A stretch of 62,835 nucleotides of DNA, counting the filler, from Syncephalis fuscata S228 (taxonomy: Eukaryota; Fungi; Zoopagomycota): assembly GCA_025786725.1 (NCBI GenBank). It is 5 parts of 5 records of this genome, joined end to end, with 100 filler letters (N's around TTAATTAATTAA, not from the genome) between each part and the next. Parts side by side here need not be neighbours in the genome. Positions count along the whole stretch, not along the records: positions 1 to 14,312 come from JAHLTZ010000234.1; positions 14,413 to 32,257 come from JAHLTZ010000189.1; 3 more parts are not named here. One strand, 5' to 3'. A program made the position numbers and the translations under genes. The notes under the pieces are model-generated. The model ran no database searches and was not told where the DNA came from. It worked only from the letters and a program-made list of their open reading frames with translations. Shown here piece after piece: positions 10,311 to 22,697 of this stretch. The first letter of the stretch is position 1; each line of letters begins with the position of its first letter.

Positions 10311-12977
10311 TTATTTGCGTATAAAAAAAGTAAGAAGTCATAGATAGCAGTTTGCGAAAACTGCAAAAGCAATTATTAACCAGCCAAACGCCGTACTGGT
10401 CATAACTACAATTATAGTAGCGGCAATAGAGCCATTACCACAGGCCACAACTGGCCTCCTATTCTTATCGCGCCATCCAGTTTAAGGGATACGCGGGCAA
10501 GTAGTTTGCAACACTGTGTGATTATCAATGGTTTGATGCCACCACCCACCGAGCAATCAGCGGGCTATTGGTATGCATGTTCGGCAATAAGGCTATCCAT
10601 AGGTTGTACAACAGCTGACATTAATTATGCCAGCTGTCGCAGCGACTTGATAGCCACCTCTAGGGCGTTATCGCTCAGCGATGAAGGTGTGGCAATGGTG
10701 GTAGTGGTGTGATACCCGTTTCCTTGGTTGGCCCGTTTCCTTCGTAACCTTGTCATTCATTTGCCCATTGACTTTTGGTGGCATGCCAATGAAGGCGTAC
10801 AGGCCAAGTAGTCCCTAAGCATGCTTGACAAAGCATCATGAACAAGCCTTACTCATCAGTTATCTGTTAAATGCAGCGGCCCACATGCCACGTCTGCTGT
10901 TCGGACTCCCACACACGCCACAATTGTCCTGCAGCTGTGTCATCTGCCGTCACCTTTGGCATTTCTCGATTGCCTTTTACTTTTCTCTACTTGGTGGCAA
11001 GACGTCGACGTGTACATACACGTGGTGGGATATCTTCCATCATTTACTATTTAAATTAGCCTGGCCTTTAGCAGGTGGTGTCCTATTTCCATCTTCTTGC
11101 CTATTTAATAATATTATTGTCTTCTGCCACCCACCCATCTACCCACATTCACACAAAGCTTATCGCCGTGCTATTTTGTCTATATCTTTGCTTGCACACA
11201 TTGTTTTATTTCGCTCGTCTTGACAATCCGCTTCGTTTAACCGTTATTAGTTTGTAAATTGTTTATACTACATTATAGCTTGAAACCGATAATCGCCATA
11301 GCATCATGACTTCTTTGTTATCAGGCAAGTAATTTTTATTTATTCTAAACTCAGTTTGCGTATCACTTCACGTGGCGAGCAAATAATAGCTTCTTTAGCA
11401 ATATTGCGAAAGCGGAGTTCCCAGTCTAGTAGGCGCATGTGGTTGTTTGTTAAAATAGAATCTACATTTGTAGAATACTTGTATTAGTTGTATTGATGCG
11501 TATCATTAGCGTTGCATTTTACGGGCGTAAATATACAACATTCATTATGACACATGTCATGTGGGAATGAATAGCATTATGCAATAACGTTTGGCGATTT
11601 GTTTTATTGTTTCATTTCACATCAAGTGGTTTCGACAACTCGTTGAAACACTTATTTGCTACGCCCATTCTGTAACAACAACAACTATAGCTTTGTTTAT
11701 TGAGTCCACATGAACATACTATGCCCATGCCGGCCTTGATGTTAGCCTATCGCTCTTATTGTTCAGACTATTGTGTTTTAAAATAATCCTTGAATGTTGT
11801 ACTTGTAAAAGTCGTACGATTGTACCGATCCAAGGATTGCTGTTGTCATCGATGATGCATGACTTTTCTAGTTTCAGCTCCATTGCTTAACAACAACAAT
11901 TGCCATCGTCGTGGCCATAAAAACACCATTTCTTGTTGAACCAATGATCGTTTTATTCGTTTTTTTTCATTTCCAAGTTGGACTCTTGTTTTCACGTGCC
12001 GTTCATTGTGGAGAAGGAGAAAAAGGTCTGTCAGCTGCTGTTTCCGTCTTTTCGCCTCGGCCTGTCAGCGCTGCCCCTTCATCCTATTTTTTTAAACCAT
12101 AGCACGCGTGCCTCCCTTTTTGCCTAGTTTTACCATTTACTATTATTCTTTCTTTAACTCACTTACACACCTACCCATCCACACCATACACTTGCCATTG
12201 GTATCTTTTTACTTTCGCTTCTTTGTGCTGTTGCTGTTACTATATTACGGTAACCAAAACGACAACAACAACAACAACCAACAACAACACTCACTACCAC
12301 ACACACACACCACAAACGGATACTGTTTGTCGACATTTCCCGTAGTTATAGTTGTAGTAGTAGAAGCCACGATTATTTCTGTTATTCGTTTATTCCTTTG
12401 TTGTCAGTTTAGCTAAGACGACAACGACAACAAGACGCTGTCATTCTTTGCAAGCTTTGTTCTAACTGCGTAGTTTATTGTCTTGATCTACCGTGTATTC
12501 GTTTTCTTTATTCTCATTACATCATCTTATCAATCGTTGATTCGGCGAAACAGCAGGTGGCCAATTATTAACAAAACCGCTTCATATAGGCATGGGAGAT
12601 TCCTCAATTACTGGCCGACGTTGTCTACTTTACCGGATTTATCTTCCATGCTAGTAAGTAATCTATCTAAAGGCTGATTTAAGAGTGGCCTATGAATTGG
12701 CTGGTTATGCGTGAATAGTTGTCTCAAAGACTCCTTTTACAAAGGATGGCTGGCCGACTGACATCCAAACTATATGTGGGTGCGTGTGGGCGTGTGTTCG
12801 CCTAACTGGCTGGCTGGTGGGCTGTAGATCAGTTTCTAGTCGGTAACACCTGCATATAGCTTGGATGGCTTTACCAATAAGGCTGACTGCGCATATCTGC
12901 GTCGGGCGAACAGGTGTGATACTTGTTCATCTGCACGTGCAGCAGCTACATCAAATGCCTATAACACCTTGACTTCA

Positions 12978-14252
12978 ATGGTGGTCAATGTCGTACAAAT
13001 AGAATATTGACGCTGACGCCTTTGTAGCGCTTTTACTGCTGGGCGTACCTGTAATACATGCAACATTTGGACCGCCTGTAAATGGCTGGTCTCTTGCGCA
13101 GCATCTAATGGTGCGATGGACTCGTGCCGTCAATACTTCGCTTAAAATCCATCAGTTACGCTTAATGTCGCGTCTAGGTGGATGGCTACAATCCCGCGGA
13201 CTATTAGTGACACACGACTCGGTTTTGCCGGCCTTTTGGCTCGGTGATACGCCCTGGTCTGTACGCACTCGGCTGGCCCGAGGTGAAGTAGATCTTTTAA
13301 TTGTGTACATTCATGGTAAGTTCAAAAGTGTAAGATCGGCTTGACAGGCTATTAATTCTGTGTTATCAGGCGGTGGCTTCTGTTGTGGCAGTCCTTTGTT
13401 GCAGATACAGTCGGTCAATGCGTGGCGCCAAAAGCTTGAACAGCAAGGTCTTCGTGTGGCAGTTGCCTTGTTGGAATATGAACTTGCGCCCGAAGCTGTG
13501 TATCCACAACCTACCAATCATCTTTGCCAGACTATTCGCGATCTACGTGCTATACTGGCGTTGATGGCGTATCAATGGTGCTGACTGGTGATTCAGCCGG
13601 TGGACACTTGGCCATTTCCACTGTACAACATCTTGAGCCAGCTGAACAACCTAATGCCTTAGTACTTATCTCTCCTTGGGTACGCCTTTATCCTACCTCG
13701 GATGCCATTTGTCGCAATATCAGTACTGATGTATTGACACCACAAAATCTATTAACATGGGCCAATGCTTACTTGGGCATTTCTAATAATGGTCTATCTT
13801 TACCTGCTAAATCATACTACGCTACATCCGATACCGTTGAAGTTGTTAAACCGACCGCCACATCGCCTTCAATCAACTCTGCCAATGCTAATGAACGTAC
13901 CGCGCTATTGGCATCATCAAACTGTATGGAACCAACCGGTGTATCCGATATCAGTACAACATCGGCCATGGCAGCAGTCTCGACCAACATGACGGCACAA
14001 CGTGCACTTGTTCCAACCCATATCCCACCTTGTCTTATAGTTGTGGGCAGTCGCGAGTTATTTGTCGAGGATGTTGTGGCATATGCTTGCATGCTTGAAG
14101 AGGCCGGCACCGATGTATCCATTCTAGTTGAGCCAGGTGCAGTGCACAACTATGCTATGTTGCCTGCTTTGGCCGGCTCGGACGCTTATCATCGCGCCGT
14201 TGATAATATCACCAGCTACATTGGCAAGGTTGCCACTGTCGAGTGCAATTAA
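12978..14252 (+). CDS. Alpha/beta hydrolase, hormone-sensitive lipase/GDXG family (Say1-like); 1 intron; apparent frameshifts
   Basis: HGGGF is split by an intron (~13316-13369). It has the GDSAGG nucleophile elbow, LISPW, GSRELFVED and EPGAVH. Frame break at ~13555. The start is inferred by assuming 1-nt deletions near 13000-13020. Confidence 0.8.
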
Positions 14253-14312
14253 TACCATTTTGCCCAGTATTTTATTAGTTTTATTTGCTTCTTATTAGCC
14301 GGTAGTAATGCT

Positions 14313-14412
14313 NNNNNNNNNNNNNNNNNNNNNNNNNNNNNNNNNNNNNNNNNNNNTTAATTAATTAANNNNNNNNNNNNNNNNNNNNNNNNNNNNNNNN
14401 NNNNNNNNNNNN
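14313..14412. other. Assembly spacer (N run with TTAATTAATTAA)
   Basis: 100-nt spacer with a 12-mer giving stops in all six frames; same design at all four gaps. Confidence 0.97.
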
Positions 14413-15668
14413 GGTTGTAAATGAATATTTTAATAACATTCGCGCAATTGCACTGCACATTCACTCTATTGAACATGAGAACAAGTGGTGAGTTTTATTT
14501 AATCGTCACATCATCACACTTATTGCTTTTTTGGGGGATAAATGACTAATATTTAATAACGCCCAATCTATTGAACATGATGATGGGTGGTGAGTGACAT
14601 CAGTCATCAAATACTCGTCATCATAGATTCGTTATCCAGTATGCATATATTATCACAGTATGTGTTGTTACTATTTATACCCGTCATTTTGCTTGATTAA
14701 CATTAAAACCATAACTAATTGACATGATTTAGTCTATTTATAAATAATCTTAATAAAACATAACTCCGTTTATATTCATATTATTTGTTCTATCAATATA
14801 ACTCAGTAAACAAACTAAGTGCGATATTTCAATATTTATTAATAAAAAGGCTGAAACCATACCAACGACGGTTATAAATAGCGTATAGTCAATATACAAT
14901 AAAATAATAAGCATTATAATGAATACACAATATTGAACGAGATTAGCAATGTTTAAGTTATTGAGCATATATGCATGAACAGATGACCGACATTAGTTGG
15001 ACTTTTTTAATAATAAAGCTAGAACAAAAAGGACAACTGCAATAGCTAGTGCGTATTTACTGGACAATAAAGCAGTATATAGAATACTAAATATGCAATA
15101 TAGAGGGACGATTAGCAGTATTAAAGTTATTGAGCATATATGCATGAACAGATTACCGACATTAGCTGACATTTATTAATAATAAAGCTAGAACAAAAGT
15201 AAAAATATATTTGGATACAGAAAGGTTAGACAATTATAAAATGATATATAAAATAATAAATGTACGGCAAGAAAGCATATAAAACGATGTTAAAGTTATA
15301 GTGCATATAACGCAATGAGTGGACTGAGTGAAGTGTAATGAAACATATAAACAATAGAATATGTCTAATGTATTGTAGAATGATACATAGTAGCGTGGGA
15401 CAGAATGGGAATGATATAGGTAAACGGTGGATATATGCATACTGGATAACGAATCTATGATGACGAGTATTTGATGACTGATGTCACTCACCACCCATCA
15501 TCATGTTCAATAGATTGGGCGTTATTAAATATTAGTCATTTGTCCCCCAAAAAGCAATAAATGTGATGATGTAATGATTAAATGAAACTCACCACTTGTC
15601 CCTATATTAAATAAGACAAAAATGTAGTTCAGTTGCGCGAGTGTTATTAAAATATTCATTTGGAACCC
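14413..15668. mobile_element. Non-autonomous long-TIR (MULE/foldback-like) element, left end at contig edge
   Basis: About 240-bp inverted repeats, 14413-14650 versus 15430-15668, with the inner ~110 bp essentially perfect. Right end is ...GGAACCC. An internal ~75-bp direct repeat lies at ~14955 and ~15122. Confidence 0.82.
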
Positions 15669-16277
15669 AAACAACAATAAACTATAATAAACTATAATTA
15701 TTACAACGTATATGAAGACTGGAAGGGCGGCTGGTGGATAAATGCGGTCAAGTGTGAAGAAAAAAGGAAAGTTATGACGTAGATTAGCAGCTATACAATT
15801 GCCAGAATAGATGTATAGTGCTGTTAGTCAAAGCGATAAAGTAATGCGAATGATAAACTAATGCATTTGGTGTCAAACAGTTATTTTAAATGATATTTGC
15901 ATAATAGAACTAGACATTTGTTTTATTGAATACTATTATTCGTTTGTTGCTACCTCCAGTATTTATAAACTTTACTTGTTTTACTCATTCACATATGCAG
16001 ATATACACTGTAAAATTAATGCTACTAATTACATTCTTTTACTTATATATTAATGTACTTGCAATATATATTGTTTATTTATTTACATTACTATTTAATA
16101 GTAATTGCTGTCTATAGTCATATATTAACAATAATAGTATCTATTTATTTATAAGTATTATATATATGATTATTGATGTAGTTATGAGTGTTGCGTACAG
16201 TCAAATAGTAGCAATAACAATAAGATTTTACGTAAACTAAAAATTACGAACGAGTTGCAAAAAACTGCCTCCATTTC

Positions 16278-16395
16278 AACTACGTTCATTGCGCCTAGAA
16301 AGCACCGGATCCCGTCCGATCTCCGAAGTTAAGTTAGGCCGCGCTTCTGTAGTACTGCGGTGGGGGACCACGCGGGAATGAGAAGTAATGTAGTT
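16278..16395 (+). rRNA. 5S rRNA
   Basis: 118 nt with conserved GAAAGCACCGGATCCCGTCCGATCTCCGAAGTTAAG and AGTACT...GGGGACCAC...GGGAA. Helix I (AACTACGTT/AATGTAGTT) and helix II pair correctly. Confidence 0.93.
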
Positions 16396-16403
16396 CCAAG
16401 CTA

Positions 16404-16475
16404 TCTCTGTTAGTATAGTGGCAAGTATACCCGCCTGTCACGCGGGAGACCGGGGTTCAATTCCCCGACAGAGAG
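16404..16475 (+). tRNA. tRNA-Asp(GTC)
   Basis: Acceptor stem TCTCTGT/ACAGAGA plus G discriminator; anticodon arm CCCGC-CTGTCAC-GCGGG; T arm CGGGG-TTCAATT-CCCCG; 72 nt. Confidence 0.97.
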
Positions 16476-16478
16476 CTC

Positions 16479-16483
16479 TTTTT
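16479..16483 (+). terminator. RNA polymerase III T5 terminator
   Basis: First run of four or more T downstream of both the 5S and the tRNA. Confidence 0.8.
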
Positions 16484-16518
16484 GCGCCGTAGCGCTTTAC
16501 TTTTTGCAAATCTAGATT

Positions 16519-19159
16519 ATGAAGGACGAATTAGCGCTGGATCGCGGTAGCGACAGCGATCTTTTATTTTTTAAAACGCAAAAACGGTCAGGGGAAGCTG
16601 AAGATGGTAGATCGCCAGATGATCAGCTTCAAAAAAGGTCACGTACTGCAGATCAGTCTGCATATATTCAGGTAGTTCAAAATTCGCTTGAAATTGTTTT
16701 AGGACAAGAAAGTTTTTTATTTGAGCAAGATGAGTTAAATCTATTTAGCATATACCGTCAACTTGCGGGTAATTTATTGTGTATAAAGGAAAGGATTAAA
16801 CTAATGCTTTAGCATAGTGTCAGCACAACTGCTGTTTGTTCGGCTATATGCGCGAAAGCATAAGTGGATACGTGTGAGCAGTATTGAATATGATGAGATC
16901 AACAATGTTGCCCAGGTGCTGGTTCAGCTAAAAGCTGCGCAGTTGATCGATCAGCATGATGCTGCAGAGAGAATACAAGAATTACTATATACGCTGACTA
17001 GTGAAGAGTTGCGTTGTCTAGGACGTGTACGATCCACTAGCCAGAGATTGTCAAAAAAAGATGAGCTGATTGAACATATTGTGGATCAAGCTCGAACGCA
17101 ACGCAGGCTAATGTTCCAGCGGAATACGGATCAACAGCCGTCATGTCTAGCTATAGATAAAAATAGCGGTTTGAATACGTTGCTAGCACAAGTATTGAAG
17201 ATTACAGGTAAATAATTAAAATATATATTTAATTATAATAACATCATATAGGTGGCGTAGTTCGTTTAAGTAATATGGCTTTGAATGCATTCAATCGATT
17301 GCATACAGTGCGATATCGCTGTGTGCAAATAGATAGTTCTACTATGTTGTCAGCAACGTTGCTTGCAGCGTTTGGTTTACGCCGTTATCCTGCATATACC
17401 GTAAAAAGGTCGTGCAAAGTCTTTCCAAATCGATCTGCTTTATTAGCATATGAAGCGGCTGTTGCAGTTGAACATAAACTACACGAATTAATAGCCGACA
17501 ATAGCAGCGAAAGTATTGAACATGCCTGGCTTCTTTGTCAAGAAAACGAGGCTGCATGGGATCTGACGCTAGTTGAAGCAATGGAAAGCAATGCATACGA
17601 TAAAAACAACTATTTTTTAGCTAGATTTACAGCAGGTGAGGTATATATGTAGCTAAAATCATTTGTATTTAACGGTAAATTAGGATGGGTATACACAAAG
17701 ATTATGGAGCATGGCAGTGAGTTGCTGGGTCGTTTAAAACGTTATCAAGACGAAGCAGTATTATTACAAAAACTGCTTAATCAGCACAGCTTTCGTTTAG
17801 GTACACGTGGTAGCTGGTATGAACGACTTGCACTGGTACAAGAACGATATTTAAAAGATAAACGAGCTGCATTGGCCATTTGTATCAAAGGAATAGAAGA
17901 CCCAAATGTTTGGATGGGTAAGACTAATGTACTTGCTTATTATTTACTGATTTAAGTAATTATTTTAGCCAAATTACAAAGTTTACAGCAACGTATACTT
18001 CGACTGCAAAAAAGTATTAATTTGCCCATAGAAGAGCGCCGTTGTTTTGATCATATTCAAGTCAAACAAACACCTCAAATATTCATTGAAGGTGTCCGTG
18101 CTAATCAAAAAGGACCTGGAGCCAAAGCTAAATATGTTTTAACAGATGGAAGTGAGGGAACTGTTGAAGAGCTGGCACTTGAATATTATACAATGAATGG
18201 CTATCAAGGGTAAATAATTAACTATTACAACATATAACAATAGTATTTATTAACTTAATACAGAGTTCATTCAGAAACAAGTATATTAACAACACTGGTA
18301 AGTAGTAGTAGTTATTTGTTTAAAAAATATATCTAATAAACATATAGTTTGCATTATTATTTTGGGACATATTGTTTAGTGAACATGAGGGTGCATTTGA
18401 AACACCTGAGCAATCAGCGCCTTTAGATCTAACTACTGATGCATTTTATATAGGTAAATAGCCAATAAATAGCCAATTTATTTACTATTTACTAAGTATT
18501 ATTTAAAGGACGCAGAGACAAGATTGAGAAGCGCCTAGAACAACTAGCAATGCCGAATATATCTACAAACGACTCAACATTTTATTTAAAGCAATTGGAA
18601 AAAATAGATGATGCCGAAAGAGCACAACTTACCGTTTGTCGAGGTGTTTCTTGGGAGTATTGTAAGGAAGATTTAATGGATATTGCCCAGGTAAGAACCA
18701 TTTATAGTTATTTATTTGATTATTTAGTAACACATCCATATAGTGTTTAGGTGGGCGTGCATTATCAGCCATTTGCCGAGTATTGGCTCAAGAATATGGT
18801 AAACGTGCCTCTGGTGCACCTGATCTATGGTAAGTATTAATATAATATAAAATAATGCCATCTAACAATAACTATAGCTTATGGAAGAAAAATGAACGTA
18901 TTTGCAAGTTTGTAGAAGGTTTGTAACAAATTTATTACTAATTAATTACTAATTAATTAATTAATACAGTAAAAGGACCAGGTGATCGTTTGTCTGAAAC
19001 TCAAAAGGTATGCTATATATTACAATTCAATATATACTCATACCATTGTTTTTATTGCTAATCTGATTAACATTTAACTGATGGTTATAGATTTGGTGTA
19101 ATGTGTTCATACAACATAATATTGATATTGAAGTATGCCATGTTCGTTTAAGTAAATAA
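16519..19159 (+). CDS. FAN1: Fanconi-associated nuclease 1 (VRR-NUC domain), multi-exon
   Basis: Motifs LFVRLYARKHKW, RGSWYERLAL, TVEELALEYY, HSETSILTTLFALLFWDI, SAPLDL, SGAPDL, VEVKGPGDRLSETQKIW after removing GT-AG introns. Confidence 0.93.
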
Positions 19160-19400
19160 ATATTATTAAATAGTATTAGCCAGTTCATTGTTAATAGAGA
19201 AACACCATTATTATTCTAATATGCTGTAGTTGATCTATTATATTTGCTAATTACTTTGAATATCGATACGCTGTTTATTACTAATATTACGATACATTTG
19301 TTAGTATATAAAATATAGCCAAATCCCAAGCAATAAAGTAAATAGTAATGATTTAATAGTATGGCATATTTATTTGTTTATGTATATAGATACATTACTA

Positions 19401-20518
19401 TCATGGTCTACGTTCAGGCGTCCGCTGCTGTAACGCAATGTGATCTATTTGTCGCAACTCTGCAGCACTAAAATCAAAGTCAACACAGTATATTGTGCCT
19501 ATCGTTAGCCTACCCTGCTAGTAATGCTTTCAATCGTAGTAATGCCTCAACAGCCCGTGGTATTTGTTCAGAATCTGGCGAAACAGCCGTGGCTTCAACA
19601 ATCCAATCGGTATCAACGGGTGATGCACTAGCAATTGATTGTCGTACATTTAACTAAATACACGTCAGTTACTATCTTTAATCATACACACACCCACTAC
19701 CTTGTAGCATTGATAGACGTGGACTTCAATCGTTCCGTCGAAAATAAATAGGTAGCCACGACGAGCATATTCCAATAGAAATCTATATAAATTATTCAAT
19801 AAATGATGATTGAATACATTTTAAAACAGACCCATAGCCCAATGCTGTAGTAAATAGCAATGCATTGCCTTCAATATTAGTCTGTAAAAAAGGACGAACA
19901 GTTACTTGTCGGCCTGGACGTGTTTCTGGATGGCCATATTGACCAAGTAGCCTTTGTTATTACAAAATTAAATATATCCACTATCGATGAGTATATGTAT
20001 AGAAATAAACAGGTATACTTACCAATCGCGACAGTGTAGCACGTCAGTATGAAGTTCATCGTGTCGAATCCAATCGGTTGGTGATATATCACGTCGTAAC
20101 CGTAGCTGAACCTCTTGGGCGGTCAGGGCAGTGGTAGTTTTACGGTTATCTAAGTCATAGATCGTCTTTTGCATTAAGATCTAAGCGTGCATGCATGCAG
20201 TACTTACTTACCAGTAGGTACAAACGCTATAATATGGTCGGCAAACGGCTTTCCTGGGCCATGGCCGCATATTGCTTCAAGACGATCTAGTAAACGCGTA
20301 CATACATTACCTGAAGTAACACTAGCATGAAGCGAAGCTTCATACTGACCGGCATTGCTAGCGTTACTAGCACCGCCACTAGCACCGCCACTCGCAACGC
20401 CAGCTGTAGTAGCTGTAGCAGCAGTCAATGATCCACTGGCCAGATTGGCTGGTGGCCCAACGCTAATACCAGCCGCTGAAGACGGCACTAGCATATTTGG
20501 TTGTAGTTGACCTGACAT
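19401..20518 (-). CDS. MED18: Mediator subunit 18-like, multi-exon (probable indel errors)
   Basis: YEASLHA...LLDRLEAICG...HIIAFVP N-terminal motif, PEGSATVTT segment and C-terminal WIVEATAV...LLRLKALLAG. Confidence 0.68.
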
Positions 20519-21042
20519 ATTGTAAATGTAAATGTAAACGTATAGAAATAGTATTATGCAATGGGTAAACTGTATACTAAAAGCCAAATAAAATAAAGCA
20601 ATATAGCTATTGTTACAAAGGCGACATTACACATATACACACGTCTTTTGTGTTTATATTGTTTTGTTTTGGGAATCAAATAGATTTATTTGGTAATATT
20701 TACGCAATTGAACTACGCAGTCGTTCTATTAAACGTGGAGCTAAGTGATGAATAACATTAGCCATCGAATTACTCATTATTATAGTTTGTAAGCCTAACT
20801 AGTCACAGGCCTTTGAAGATATACGTCACCTCTATAGCTGTAATACATGGGTAATATGCACTTAATATAAATACACACATAAGTATATATCTCTTAATAA
20901 AGTATTGATCTTTATTCTGTTGCTATTTTATTGCTGTTTACTGTGAGTTCTATTACAGTAGCACGTAGTGATAGCTAGCTAGTTGATTAAAGCAGTATTA
21001 TTTGTTTATTACTCGTAAATAGCCAACGTTTAGTTTACAATC

Positions 21043-21696
21043 ATGGATAGTAGCCACAACGATAAACAACCAACGTTTACTGAAGATATCGACTTGTTGG
21101 CTGGGTTTGCCGTCACTCCTCGGTTAGATTGTCCACACGTACTTGGATTACAAACAACTTTACAGTCATCAATACCGCATTTTAACCGTAAGTTATACAG
21201 CCCTGCTTCTTTATAGTATTTATAAGCCATCAATGCTTTAGTTGATACACCTTGTCAAGAGTGTCAAGATAAAAGCGAGAATTGGCAATGCCTTACCTGT
21301 AATAAAGTATTCTGTAGTCGGTAGGCCATGATAAATAAACAATATATATAGACTAGCCATTGATGTATACAAAATAGATATGTTCAAGGTCATATGGCTG
21401 AACACACAGCTGCTCAAGAGAAAGCACCAGAAGATGAACATGCCATATGTATAAGCTATTCAGATCTATCTTTCTGGTGTTTTCGCTGCAATGACTATAT
21501 AGAACACCCAGTATGTACATTATTATATTCATAATCCTTTATTTATTTATTATATATTTATTAGATATTAGAACCTGTACGATCTGCCCTACACATGGCC
21601 AAATTCAACACAGTACCTGGAGAACAAGTAATAGTACTGAGCCATGATACAAGCAATAAAGATAAATCGTCAAGTGCCAATCGCCCCTGTAAATAG
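21043..21696 (+). CDS. Stand-alone ZnF-UBP (HDAC6-type ubiquitin-binding) protein, 3 introns
   Basis: Spliced product FAVTPRLDCPH...PCQECQDKSENWQCLTCNKVFCSRYVQGHMAEH...ISYSDLSFWCFRCNDYI...HMAKF. Confidence 0.85.
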
Positions 21697-21762
21697 TAAT
21701 GTATAAATTACAAGTTTATTCTGTAGTAGCATTGCTGTTGGCCATTATCATCATCGTCATCA

Positions 21763-22341
21763 TTATCCCGGTCCAACCTAGTTTAATAAAGTTAGGCTAT
21801 GATCGTTAAATAAAAATACAAATAAGTACCTTTGGAATATCGTAATGTTCACTTAAATTGCCCAAATACTCGTTGAATTCCTATTTATATTCCACATTAT
21901 TAGTATACTGTTATTAGCATGGCTATTAAAATACGTACAGCTACTTTTTCTTTATGTGATTTGGCAGCCGCCTTCTTAATTCTATCCTCCTCCTAATCAT
22001 TATAATTAGTATTGTATTATAATTTAGCTATTTATTTATCTATTAGGCAATATTTATCTTATTACTTACCCGTTTACGCTGCACTTCCTCAAAGCGAATC
22101 TCAGCTTGTGTTTTGCCATCCGAATATTCTACTGCACCAGAAGATGCGTCGATTCCTGCATCTTTTAAAGCAGCTACCAGCTTTGCCTTCTCTTCTTTCT
22201 TCTTCTTTTTACTCTTTCTATTGATTCTATATTTAAAGGACTGATACTTGTAGATCTATCGACTTACTTTTTAATACCACCACCACCACTGCCGCCTTTT
22301 ATCTTCAACGATGATCGAATAGTTAGATCATAGTCCGACAT
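21763..22341 (-). CDS. FAM32A-like (DUF1754) small basic protein, multi-exon
   Basis: Spliced product ...LKIKGG...KTQAEIRFEEVQRKR...[28 protein letters not shown]. Confidence 0.88.
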
Positions 22342-22697
22342 GATGATTAACTAGGTAATCCACCAGAACTATGTTCAATAGCTGTAAGGGATAAGTAAAA
22401 GAGTCTAGAGTAAATTCAATCAAGGTTATGTGATATGACAAATGTGTGTGTGTTTGTGTGTGTATCTATTTGTGTATTTATTTGTGTACCTGTCAGTGTA
22501 TTGAAGTGAAAATGGAATGCACCCAGTTTGTAACAGCGGCTATTATCGGACCGATTAAACTGTTTTTTATTTTTGATCGGTAATTACATATCCGTGTCTT
22601 CAGTTATCTTTAAGTAATTATTTTTATTTAAATATCAGGGGGAGAAGCTTATATTTGTCATTATTGGCAGAACAGTACGTTTAGTATCAAATTATTT

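Noticed and set aside
14955-15200. Direct repeats here and at 48909 as CRISPR-like arrays
   Set aside because: Only two or three copies, no unique-spacer series, eukaryotic context, no cas genes.
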